DNA of 64,000 nucleotides from Octopus vulgaris (Eukaryota), in the NCBI GenBank assembly GCA_951406725.2, contig OX597833.1, forward strand, positions 9,052,001-9,116,000, read 5' to 3'. The position numbers and the translations under genes were made by a program. Numbering within the stretch: position 1 is the stretch's first letter; the number at the start of each line of letters is the position of its first letter. The notes beneath the pieces are model-generated. The model was not told the DNA's origin. It saw nothing but the letters and a program-made list of their open reading frames with translations, and did not search any database. Shown in pieces: positions 13,061 through 25,519 of the stretch.

Positions 13061-15238
13061 AATCTGCAACACTGACTTCAGACAGCCACCTGATAACCTA
13101 TCAATCAGGCAACTTTGCTCACCAGATTGATTTCATCCTCACCAGACAGTGGGATGCAGGGTTGCTCTTAAATACAAAGACCCTCGCTGGTGAAGAATGT
13201 ACCCCCCAGCATAGACTACTTATTAGTGACTGTAGACTTGAGGCCAGAAGGATGCCAAGAAACAGATCAATCCAGAAAAGAAGAATTTGGAAGCTTAAGA
13301 ACCCTTCACATGGTTAGAGATTTAGGGACATCCTCACAGAACTTTGATGAGAGGGATGAGGAGCTACAGATTTCAGACATAGAGGGTAACTGGAAATTCA
13401 TACAGGACAGCTTACTGAGTGCCACAGACCAAATCTGCATCTGGTGCAAAAATCCCTTACAGACCTAGAGTAACGTGGTGATGGAATAATACAGTAGATA
13501 ATGCCATTAGAGCAAAGAAACAAGCCTGGAAGAGTGGGGATAGCAGGGAACTGTACCAGATAGCCAGAAGGGAGGCTGGGCGACAGGTATACATAGTCAA
13601 GGGAGATGCAGAAAATAAGAAGTTTGCCAATGTTCAGTGATGTGACGACCAACGAACTGAAGTATTTTGGATTGCAAGACTGTGAGAGAAAATTGTGATG
13701 TCAGGAGAGAAATGTGTCCTCGTAGACACTGGTACACTTGCTTTTAAGGATTCTGAAAGGAAAGAGGCTTAGAGAAGCCATTATGAAAGACTGCTGAATG
13801 TGGAGAATGAATGGGAGGAGGAGAGCCTGCCAAATGTTGACCCAGTAGAGGGGCCAGCTACCTGAATAGATAGCACCCTGGTAGATAAAGCAATTGAGGA
13901 TATGAAGTCAGGAAAAGCCCTCCGCCCATTAGGAATCACTGCTGAGATGCTTAAAATATCTGGTGGTGTGGGTCATGGCCTAGCTACTCGTATTGTAAAC
14001 CAGGTAGTTCACGAAGGAGTCATACCCAAGGGTATCAAACTACTGAATCAGGTAATGAAGGTTACAGAGAGGGTCATAGCCCAACTAATTAGGGAGAGAG
14101 TCTGCTTAGATGAGATGCAGTTCGGTTTTGTGCCAGGTAGAAGCACCACAGATGCTATATTCCTGATATGGCAACTGCAGGATCAGCCCTCAGCCCCCAC
14201 ATATTCATCATAGTCCTCCAGGTAATAACAGAGGAATTCAAGACGGGCTGCCCCTGGGATCTCCTCTATGCTGATGACCTTGCTCTTATAGCGGAATCAC
14301 TACTAGAACTAGAGAAGAAATTTCGGGTGTGGAAGCAAGGTTTAGAATTGAAGGGCATTAGAGTTAACCTAGCACAAACCAAAGTCCTAGCAAGTAGGAA
14401 GGCGAACACATCACAAATCCCTTCAGGTAGATGGCCCTGCACATGTGTGAACTGCCATGCTTCACAGCAGTGAAACATGGGCCATGACTGCTGAAGATAT
14501 GCGTGGGCTTGGAAGAAATGAAGCTAGTACGATCCACTGGATGTGTAATGTCAGTGTGCACACACGACAGAGTGTAAGCACTCTGAGGGAAATGTTGGAC
14601 ATAAGAAGCATCAGCTGTGGTGGGCATGAGAGACGACTGCGCTGGTATGGTCATGTGCTCTGTATGGATGAGGAGAGCTGTGTGAAGAAGTGTCACTCCC
14701 TAACAGTGGAAGAGGGAGACCCAGGAAGACAGGATGAGGTGGTGAAGCATGACCTTCGAACGTTGGGCCCCACAGAGGCAATGACAAAAGACCAAGACCT
14801 CTGGAGATATGCTGCGATTGAGAAGTAAAGTGAGATCACAGCCGTAGCCTACACCAGTGTCGCATAACCATCCCATTTAAAAAGTACCTTTGAATCGTCG
14901 GGCAACATGCCATGCTTGAGGAGACCTATTGAGTCAAGTAAATCAAAATCAAATGGAAATGAGAGTAATTAGCAGCACTGGTGACATGCGATAAACACTA
15001 TTCATTTATGTGTGGGTTGCTGCCAGAGCCACCTGACTGACTCCCCATGACGGTGGCATGTAAAAAGCACCCACTACACTCTCAAAGTGATTGGCGCTAA
15101 GAAGGGCATCCAGCTGTAGAAACTCTGCCAAATCAAGATTGGAGCCTGGTGCAGCCATCTGGTTCGCCAGACCTCAGTCAAATCATCCAACCCATGCTAA
15201 CATGGAAAGCAGACGTTAAACGATGATGATGATAATGA
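13061..15238 (+). mobile_element. Degenerate, 5'-truncated RTE LINE with internal deletions
   Basis: Fragments ICNT-F, QIDFILTR, MKSGKA..GITAEMLK, DEMQFGFVPGRSTTDAIF, LLYADDLALIAESL, HSSETWA and RRLRWYGHV are colinear with the intact copy at 41651..44221. At least three large deletions (near 14030, 14180, 14440). Ends with the 3'UTR and a (GAT)n tail. Confidence 0.92.
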
Positions 15239-15349
15239 TATATATATATATGCATGTATTTATGTATCGATGTCTTTGTTAGCATTGTATTTTTCTCTCT
15301 GAATCTTTTATCATCTCCTCTATGAGTTTCCATGTCCTGAGATCAGCCT

Positions 15350-15400
<51 letters not shown>

Positions 15401-16478
15401 TCATAATTTAATATCCTGCTTCCGTGCAGGCATGGGTTGAACACTTTGACAGAAGCTCTACCAACCTCTAGTGTCTGCTTTGGCATGATTTCTTTGGTTG
15501 GATGGCTTCCTAGTGCTGCCCACTTTATAGAGTGTACACTCTGTGCTTTTTATGAGGAACCCACAGCAGTGTGGTCAAGAAGTAACTTGCAGGACATGAC
15601 CCCTCAACTGATGGGTTAGGTAGTATTGAGGGAGGTGGCTTTGTACCAGTTGGATGAGAAGGGACAGAAATAGGTGTCTTGCAGTAGAGGAGGAGATACA
15701 GGGTTCCCTCAGATGGAGAGGGGTGAGAACATGTGAAGATGTGATGGGACATGCACTCAAGCTACCGGGAGGGGAAGTGGAACCAGGGATTGGATGGGAT
15801 GACTGGGTTAGGGTTAGTTTGCAAGACTGAGGGGAGGGTGGGAGAGAAAGAGGGAATGCATTGTATGTAAACATGTTTTATATATATTTTCATGTATGTA
15901 TGTATATATATATAGTTGGAATTTACAAAAGAAAAAAACAAAAGACGAAGACAGGTGTGTAAACAACAGGTGTATTAATTTAATCCTTGGGAAGGTGAGA
16001 AAGTCTTTTACATTTCAAGCATCCATATCTATAGTAGTAACAGGGATTTGGGGAATCAAACAGGTCTTACATTAAGCTCTCTGCCAAGTGCATATGATAA
16101 ACCTTGATGCCATTCTGAAAATCCAGGAGGTACAATGATGGAGAGAATATATATAAACAGAGCAAAGAAGAGAAGTGACGTGAGGGAGTTCATGCCAAAC
16201 AAATGTTGATGTTTTCAATGACTAGGAATTGTTCTGATGATTAGCTCAGAACCCTTGTATATATGGGCATTTACATGCATATGTATCTATTTATATGTAC
16301 ACATTATATGCATGTAAATGCTGACATAATATCTATTATATAACTAACAAGATCAAGAAACAGTTGTAAATGAATTGAATAAACAGCTACTCTCTCATCT
16401 CCCTTCTCTTATCAGTTCTATCGATATTTAGGAAATATCTTGAGAAAGAATTGAAAATGTGTTAAGTTTTTATATACA

Positions 16479-17339
16479 TAGGAGTTAGTATCAAAAAGTT
16501 CCTGGACCAGTTATGTTTACAAAGATATAACTTATCTGCCTAAGTTTTAACATCATCCCCTTCAAAACAGTCATACACAGGGCCCAGCATGCCTGCCACT
16601 TTTGGAATCCGGCCTAGAAGTCGTTTTCCATAAGTGAGTCAAAGACCTCCTATGATTCGCTCTTGATCCCAATAATGGTGTTAAAACAGCGACCTTTGAA
16701 CTGCTTTTTCATCTTGGAGAAGTGCTAAATCTGGTGAATAGGGCAGGAGTGATGCCCTGTTGTTTTTTGTGAGAAACTCACAAGTGAGGAGAGCTCAGTG
16801 ACAAGGTACATTACTGTCATGAAGAATTCAATTCTTCAGGCTCCACACATCCAGTTGCCTTTGCTGAATGTCCTCTCTCAAACACTTCAAAACATCCTTG
16901 ATTCTCCTCCAACGATCCTCATGCACAAGCTGATGAGTTTTCTCCACATTTCTGGGGTTATGCTTGTGGCAGGTCTTCCAAGGATGTCCTTCTGCTTTTG
17001 GAGCACCAGTGCCACTTGAAACATTGTGTACAACCCATTGCCTCATCACCATAAACTTGTCAAAGCATGCTCAACGCCTGAAGCAGACTTCATAAGTTTA
17101 ATGCAAAATTTCACATTGGTTCTTTGTTTCAACTTCCTATCCAAGACAAAAATCGCACACTACAGTATTCACATGATCATAAAAGCACAAATTTCTCAAC
17201 TTGTGAAGTAAACAGTGATGTCACTTGGCACAATGCCTCATGAAGGTCACTGCTAGCTCTCACTGCAGATGCAATCATGTGCTGCCATCTGTTGGTGTGC
17301 TACAGAAATAGTCCAGGAGATCTTTGATACCATCTCGTA
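16479..17339 (-). mobile_element. Internally deleted Tc1/mariner transposon
   Basis: Imperfect ~30-bp TIRs: TA-ggagttagtatcaaaaagttcctggacca on the left and tagtccaggagatctttgataccatctcg-TA on the right. Minus-strand remnants NVEKTHQLVHEDR (HTH region) and FKGRCFNTI...FQKW...EGD (mariner C-terminus). Confidence 0.8.
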
Positions 17340-17832
17340 TATATTTTTTGCTTCATTAAAATAAGGCTAACTTTTTAACACAAGGGTAAATACTTTTATT
17401 CTATAAGAATAGAAATATGTTTTCACATAATGTCTGTGTATTATAGTTTAAGTGAAAATATATTGGTGTAGATACTCATAAGGTAAGTTTGACAAATATA
17501 ACACAAGTGAGAAGGAAGGAAAAAAAGCATCACTTTACTTGCACAGTTTATTTGCAGAGAAAAAGGCTTGAGTCTATACATTTTTGTGTCTGTTGCAGCT
17601 AAAAGAGATTTTGTAGTAAAAGAAAAGAAGCATATTAATCTCATCAGGATATGAAGAACGGCCATGAGTTTACTTAGCTCAACATAATTTCTCAAGCACA
17701 GCAAAAAAACAGGAGTATCGGTCCCTTGTCATCTCTGTCAGACCCAACATCTAAGGATCCTTTCTAACCAGTTTGTTCTGCATCTTCCTGTCTACCCCTT
17801 CTACACATTACTCCACAATTAGAGATTAGCAT

Positions 17833-17872
<40 letters not shown>

Positions 17873-18703
17873 GAAATAATTAAGATTCAGTTGAATTAGG
17901 TACTTAAGTTGAGGCACCAGGTCAGTCCGGTATTATTCGCACAGCTCGAAGTAAGGTGAATAAAATCAAAGTGAGTAACAGGATGTCAAGTGTTAGTGCA
18001 ATACGACCATTTCCGGAGGCTCCATTTAATTGAACAATGCAAGCATTATGTCAATTTAAACACTGTGCTATCTTCAGTTGCAATAAACATGAATTTTCAA
18101 CAGACAAGATATATTAACATAATTTTTCTCAAATATTTTATCAGAGCTAGAGGATGAAAGAATTGCATGCTGTCACTATTGCAGCAAGAATAATCTAAGA
18201 GAAGAACTACAGTTTTGGAGTGACATAGAACACGGTGAGGGTCAAAGGGTTATAATTCATTTCTAATTTTTTTATCTACCTTCTTATCATCAATAAAAGA
18301 TCTAAGGCTAAAATAGTATATTTATTGAAAATAAAGAACATTGTGAGTTGACTGCTCAGAGCTGGCTTCTGGCCATAAATAAATATTACTAGATGTTTCT
18401 CTTGTTCCTTAATTCCATAAATAGCCCTCACCACAAAAAGAAACAAACTTTAGAAGGAGTCAATTAGATAGCAGTAAATGCCCATAAAAGAGGTAGGGAT
18501 GACATTAACTCTTGTCCTTATTTTCAATTAAAGGGGTGTACCCTATGAAACTTAGGATGCTATACTGGGATCTAGGAAAACATTAAGGGCTCAGAGGGAA
18601 AAAGTTTATAATCAAGGTACAGCAAATAAAGAATATATAATTTCTTTTAGAAACACAAATAGAAGCATTTGATGGGATTAAGGACAAAAGGAGACGATTA
18701 ATG

Positions 18704-18830
18704 GAATGGAGGAGAGAAGAGAAAAAGGACGGATGGAGGAGAGGAGAGAAAAAGGACGGATGGAGGAGAGGAGAGAAAAAGGACGGATAGAGGAGAGGAG
18801 AGAAAAAGGACGGATGGGGGAGAGGAGAAA
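18704..18830. repeat. 27-bp purine-rich minisatellite (about 4.5 copies)
   Basis: Unit ggatggaggagaggagagaaaaaggac; visible as PSFFSPLLH repeats in the ORF track. Confidence 0.9.
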
Positions 18831-20144
18831 CATGAAACAAAGGTAGGTCCAGGATATTTAAAGAAGAAAGATGAAAGGAGGTGAATGATGGAATGAAGAA
18901 GAGAAAAGGGAAAGAAGGAAGAAGAGAGAGAGAGAGAAGAATGAAAGAAAGATAGGCCTGAGAAGAAGGATGAAGAGAAAGGATTGAAAAATAGAATGGC
19001 GGAGAGAAAAGGAAATGAAAGAGGAGGAGGAAGAGAAGAGTGTATTATTAAATTATTTTTTTTCAAAAGTGCAACAAAATGCCAGATAAAGTTTTTAATA
19101 TTTTCAATTCTAGTTTCTAATTTTGAAGGCTCAACATTTTATTAAACCCTTTTCTGTAAAACAATATTTTTTAGAAAAAATTAAAGTTTGAACATTTTGT
19201 CAAACCCTTTTTCTGTAAAACAGGAAATTCTTTCCTTTTAAATGTGTGTGTGTGTGTGTGTGTATTGGGGTGGTACATAATTATTCAACTTTTTTTCAAC
19301 AAATTTTATTCAACGAAACATCTTTAAAGAACCCAGGACAGCAACTACCATCATACCTAATTCAAGAACAATTAGCTTTGAACTGTCTTGATGTTTGTCG
19401 CTTGTAATAATGACAACATTCAGTGTTCTTTATCATGACAGCTGTTTGGTATTGTTGATGCGTGAGCAGAACAAAGGTGTTCAGGTTTCTGGTCTTCCCT
19501 GTCTGGCTCTATTGTTGAAAAGCTTGGACATTGTTCAGAGGAACTCCTTTGGTTCCAGGACATTTTGCAAGATTATGGGTCACCATTGGTTGGATTTTGT
19601 GTCCAACGACTATACTCAGAAACAGGGATGCATCTAATTACTCGTATGATTAGGAAGGGTCAATCCTGTGTATGTTGTCTGAGGACATGTATGGGTGGTT
19701 GGTTGATAGCCCGTGTTTGTTGGCTACATAGCACATGGTCAAAGTGGATGAGCAAGTAACTTGGGGAGACAGGATACCGTCTGGGATGACTCAAACACTG
19801 GCAAACGATGAATGCAGTGATGCACTGCAATGGTGCATGGTACCCGACATGACCTGTAAAGTCTGCATATTCTTGCCCCTCTTATCTAGCAGCAGAAACA
19901 GAATTAAAAGAGAACTAATCTTTAATACTATGTTTTCGTTTGGGACAATAACTGTTAATACTTTACGAATCTAAAAGTTAAACATGCTTTTCTACAACAA
20001 AAATAATTTAACAATATAACAAATTAACGCAGTGTTGCGTATACTAAATCAATAAATTATTTCTATTCTGAACAAAGACGCAGAGTTTCTAGACCCGAAA
20101 AAATATGAAGTTTTGTTGGAACTGTTGGAGGTATTTTATGACAA

Positions 20145-20400
20145 AAAGGTCACTTCCGGTACTAAAACACTGCAAATAAATACAGTTAAAATTATGCCCA
20201 GCAGAGTTTTATTGAGAGAATTGTGTATAAAATACGAAAAAATATCAAATTGGTATTCGTAAAAATATAATTATAAAAACTGAATTCAATCTAATATTTG
20301 ATTAATAAACGAAGTGGGTTCCACAAAACAAGGAAACTTATTTAGGGAATGTTGTAAACGTCACATCCGGTATCGAGTTGTGTGTAAACGTCACCATAAC
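20145..20400 (+). promoter_or_regulatory. SRPRA proximal promoter with ETS and CRE-half-site motifs
   Basis: gtcACTTCCGGt at 20149-20160, aACGTCAcatccggt near 20358-20371, and tgtaaacgtcac twice (20353, 20383). These lie 200-450 bp upstream of the ATG in a CpG-enriched region. Confidence 0.5.
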
Positions 20401-20590
20401 GCTGGAACACGATGAGGAGGAAGGGGAAGAGAAACAAATTAGAAAGATATAGAAATATATTGGAGTAGGAGTGAGTATGGAAATAGAAAGCGTAGAAGTG
20501 TGGAGTGGCGGAGGGGGAGAGAGAGAGCGTAAGAGAGTGATAAAGCCTTAGTTTGAGGTTCGCCGTCGTCGCTGTAATAACTTGGCCAAT

Positions 20591-20707
20591 ATGTTGGATT
20601 TCTTCAGTATCTTTAGCAAAGGTGGCATCGTTCTGTGGTGCTTCCAGGGAACATCGCAATGGTTCACACCATCCGTTAATGCTTTAATTAAGAGCGTCCT
20701 TCTACAA
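20591..20707 (+). CDS. SRPRA: SRP receptor alpha, coding exon 1 (SRX/longin domain start)
   Basis: MLDFFSIFSKGGIVLWCFQGTSQWFTPSVNALIKSVLLQ closely matches the metazoan SRPRA N-terminus; donor gtgagc, phase 0. Confidence 0.97.
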
Positions 20708-20865
20708 GTGAGCGAAATTCTTTCCATTTTCTCTCTTCATTCCTTTCCAGGATTTCTTTTCTGATTCTGTCCCGTTTCAGACACGTCTCGACGTTCCACA
20801 GACGACGACCACGACGACGACAGGGCACCGAGGCGGCGACACGCGGGCAGCGAGAACACACCTCA

Positions 20866-21196
20866 CATATATATATATATATACACACATGTATATATAT
20901 ATGTATGCATGTATTTCATTCTACTTGTCAATATACGCACGCGTACACGTGTGTTGATATATACGTATATACGAACTTTCTCATGCATGTGTGTGTGTAT
21001 GTATATATATATATATGTATGTGTGTATGTATATATTATATGTATGTATATATATGTGTGTGTGTGTGTATGATGTATATATATATATATGTATATGAAT
21101 GTATGTGTATGTATGTATATGTATATGAATGTATGTATATATATGAATGTATGTATATATATATGTATGTATGTATATGAATGTATATATATATAA
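20866..21196. repeat. Compound TA/TG/TATG microsatellite
   Basis: Low-complexity tract seen directly in intron 1. Confidence 0.9.
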
Positions 21197-22493
21197 TCGA
21201 TTTTCATTCTGTGGCCCAATTAGGTCAGTTTGACTGGGTGCTGGGGTCTACTTTTATGATTTAATTTCATTAATTAAAAGTCATTGGTGTCAACATATGG
21301 TTTTCTACGTTGTGTCCGTTGCTCCCACCTCCGCCTCCACGAAGATTGCTGTCGTTGGTGGTGGCCATTTAAGAGCACCTCTTCAATTCCGAAATATAGT
21401 CACGTTGTTAAATCTGCTAATTCCAAGGTGGTTGCTTTTTATCTTAAAAATAGCAGCTAAATCCTCCTGAAATCACATCCCAACTTCTCTTAAAAAAATA
21501 ATAATCAATAAATAAAACGATATTACATAATATTATTTTATATATCCCCAAATTGTTAGGAACAGAAAGCTTTTGGTTGGGACAGACCTGGAGTGAAACA
21601 ACAGGTCTTGAAGCTATGTGATGTCGGGTGTAATTCTTAAAGTCTTTGATGTTTACTAACCCTAAAAGTACCCAGATTGTGAATGAATTTAAAGATTGAC
21701 CATCCGAATGCTTTCCAATATCTTTTATTTCGACATTTGTTAATTTAGTAGTGTGAAAACCAATGTGTCATTCAGTTACTTATAATAATGCGTAAAAAGT
21801 GATTTGTAGGTCCGTCTCTCTGCCTCTCAGCTGTTCTTCCACGTTGGTGTCACTAAACCAGCTGAACTTGTCGCTACCAACCGAAATAGTCAGGCTGGGA
21901 AAAAAAACATATGCTTCGTGTCTAATCTCATTTATTGAAAATGTTGAATATATCAATTCTAGAAAAATATTTTAGCAATGATTTCTCCCTTGGCATCAGG
22001 CCAAATTTACCCCAAAATGTGCTGTAGTATTCTCGACTGAATCACAAGCACCTAATCTATATATATATAATTGTCGTTTTAACGTCTGTGTTTCCAAGAG
22101 TCAGATGGAATTTCATTGAGGCAGATTTTAAACTGCTGGATGCTCTTTCTATCGCCAGCCCTTAATCGTTTCCATGTAAGGGAATATTGCCCCTTGTTAT
22201 GATGGAGGAGGATTCGATACAAACAACACAACTGCGATGCTCACTTGCAACTGTCAGACAAGGTAACATAAGCACACAAATATTTACGACAAGATTCTTT
22301 CAATTTCTATCTCTCAAATCCATTCTCAAAGCCCTCGTTGGCCTGGGAATTATAATAGAAGACACTTGCTCAAGCTATCATATAGTGGAACTAAGCCTGA
22401 AATCACATGATTGGGAAATGAAATTAACAGCCAAATTTACTCTAATAAATGAAAAATATATAATGACCATTATTTATACCCTGTGTGTGTGCG

Positions 22494-22539
<46 letters not shown>

Positions 22540-22541
<2 letters not shown>

Positions 22542-24375
22542 TTAGTGACTTCAGACTTAGGGCCAGAAAGGTCTAGAGATGCAAACCAATATGGAAAAGG
22601 AGGTTGAGGAAGCTTGGTAAGGTAGGGTACAGGCTAGTCACCTGCATAGTTAACCAGGTCTTTCAGGAAGGTGTAATACCCAGTGATTGGTGTAGCAGCA
22701 TTATTGTTAGCTGCTCAAGGGTAAGGGTAATGCTTTAGATAGAAGAAATTACAGAGGCATCAAACTCCTGGACCTGGTGATAACAATTACAGAGTGAGTT
22801 ACAGCCTAATCAATTAGGAGCAGAATTAGGCTAGACGAAATGCAGTTTGACTTCATCCAGGGAAGAAGCGTTACCAATGCTATTTTCATAGTCAGGCAAC
22901 TGCAAGAGAAGTACTTGGCTAAGAATAAAACATTATACTTGGCATTTGTTGATCTAGAGAAAGCCTTTGATAGAGTACCCTACTGTGTGATGTGGTGGGC
23001 CCTGAGGAAACTAGGGGTAGGAGCAGTGGCTGGTGAAAGCTGTCCAGGCCATGTACAAAAACGCTGTCAGTAAGGTGAGAGTTAACTACGAATACAGTGT
23101 GTTTAGGTAGGGGTTTGTCAATGCTCAGTCCTTCATCTCTGCCTTTTTGTCATTATTCCCTCGGCCATAGCAGAGGAATTCAAGACTGGGAACTACAATA
23201 CACTGATGATCTTGCCCTCACAGCAGACTCCATATCAGAGCTAGAACAGAAATTCCAGCTGTGGAAGCAAAACCTGGAATCTAAGGGTCTTAAGGTTAAC
23301 TTAGCAAAGACTAAAGTTCTAGTAAGCAAAAAATTAACAAGACCCTACCTATTTCAGGTAGGTGACACTGTTTGATTTGTAGGAAAGGTGTAGGCAGAAA
23401 CTCCATACAGTGTACACTGTAAGCTATGCACACACAAGAGGTCCAGTGGATTAACAGGAAGATTATCAGAGAAGGTAGCGTTCGTGGAAGATGCACAGGA
23501 TCCATAAAAACTATAGAGATTTGGAAAATTGATTCTCTTAAATGCTCTGGTAGATCAGTAGAGGTAGTAGATAATTTCTGCTACCGAGGGAACCAAATTA
23601 GTAGTTGGGGAGGATGCATGGAGAGTTTGATAGCTAGAATAGGATGGAAGAAATTTAGAGAACTCTTACCGCTGTTGGCTACAAAAGGTTTCTCTCTCCG
23701 AGTAAAAGGAAGAGTGTATGATACATGTCTACAGACAGCAATTCTACATGGTAGTGAGATGTGGGCCCTGAATGTAGAGGTCATACAAAAATTAGAAAGG
23801 GATGAGGCCAGTATGCTCCTCTGGATGTGTAATTTGTGTGTGCATGTTCAGTAGAGTGCTAGTGTACTGAGAGAGAAGTTAGGCCTAAGAGGAATTTGTT
23901 GTGTATAAGAGACTGTGCTGGTTTGGTCATGTGATGTGGATGGATGCTGACAGTTTCATAAAGAAGTGCCATTATCTCAAAGTGAATGGAACATGTGGAA
24001 GTGGAAGACATGGAATGAAATGCTGAAGAACAACCTCAGGATGCCGAACCTTTCAAGCGAGAGGACAAAGGACTAAGATACCCTGAGCCTTGCTGTACTC
24101 ATGAAGACCTATTCTCTGCAGTAGAAGTGTTAAAACTGGTCCCTCTGGTGATGAGGATTGACCTATCATGTCAAAAGCACTCATGGTAGTGCCACATAAA
24201 AGCGCCCATGTGGCGCCATTTAAATGCGTATGTTTGGAATCATGTAAAAGTGTCTGTGGTGCCATGTAAAAGCACTCAGCATACTCTGTGAAGGAGCATT
24301 TGGCTGCAGAAAATATCAGCGTATCTTCTCTGACCCATGCAAGAATGGGAAAAAAATGGACGTTAAAACAATGAT
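22540..24375 (+). mobile_element. Degenerate RTE LINE in SRPRA intron 1
   Basis: MQFDFIQGRSVTNAIFIVRQLQEKYLAKNKTLYLAFVDLEKAFDRVP, YTDDLALTADS and LATKGFSLRVKGRVYD; ends in the RTE 3' tail (acccatgcaagaatgg...gacgttaaa). Confidence 0.9.
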
Positions 24376-25519
24376 AATGGTGATAATTGTCTTACTGTAA
24401 AATCTCTCCCCTTTGTTGTTATTTAATCGCATGACAACCTTTGTGACAGTCCAATAATGTCCAGGTATGTTGTATCGAGGATGACACCCAGTCATTGTAT
24501 TTAAGACAGCAGGATGTTGAGATCTGACTGCTTTTTCTAGCAGGTTAACCAACTACATAGAAACATCCTTATCAGAACAGTTTAAAAATAACGATGTAGT
24601 GAAGTATTAGATTAGTACAGTGAGTGTAATGATAAGCTGACTTCATGAAGACTTTAACCGAGATCAAGGTCATCACTAGTTGACTAACACTGAGGAGTTG
24701 CCACCCGAGAGCTGACTTGAATCTGGCAAATTTTGAAAAATTGTCTTCCCTTTGAGATCAGCCTCATCACATCTGTCGTTGCCAGTACTGGATCATTGCG
24801 CATCTTTACTGTGGTCTACTTTATCAGAAAGCATTCACACTTGGTCTCCTGTCTGAAGATAATGGCAGAGCTTTGGAACAGTTCCTCATGTCTTTGAGAG
24901 GGGAGGGGGAGGAGGTGCAGAAACAGATGTCTTGCTGTTGAGGAGGTTGCCAAGCAGTGGTGGTGGTGGTGGGGGGGAACACATCTCACACATGTCTATA
25001 TATATATATATATACATACATGCACACACACATATACACACTGGTCTTTCAGTTCAACCAAATCTACTCCCAAGGCTCTACTAAAAGACACTCAAGATTC
25101 CACACAGAGGACCTGAATCTGGAACCATGTGGTCCGACAGGAACTGGCCAGGCCAAGTGCTGCACCAGGTTCCATTGCCTGTTTTGGCTCTGCTTCTACA
25201 GTTGGATACCCGATGTCCTAACACCAACCACTTCACAATGTACTGGGTACTTTTTATTTGGCACCAGCACCTATAGGGTCACCAAGTAGCTTGGAAGACA
25301 AAACCCCCTTCAACTGAGAAGGGTGGAATGGAAAATAGTATTGAAGGTGGTGGCTTTGTGTCAGTTGAGAGATTTAAGATGTGGCAGGGACATGTGTCTT
25401 GTTGTAGAGAAGATACATAGATACCCCAGTTGGAAAATAGGAGAGGGAATTAGAAGCGATAGTGAGAGAGATAATGATGGAGCTATATCAGGACATTCCC
25501 TTGAGGGGACAGAAGAGGT

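Noticed and set aside
19395-19974. Cluster of short ORFs upstream of SRPRA as a gene or divergent exon
   Set aside because: No recognisable homology, frames are short in both directions, and no consistent splice pair was found.
20863-21219. Y/I/H/C/V-rich ORFs (also 7007..7269, 57074..57425)
   Set aside because: These are translations of TA/CA/TG microsatellites.
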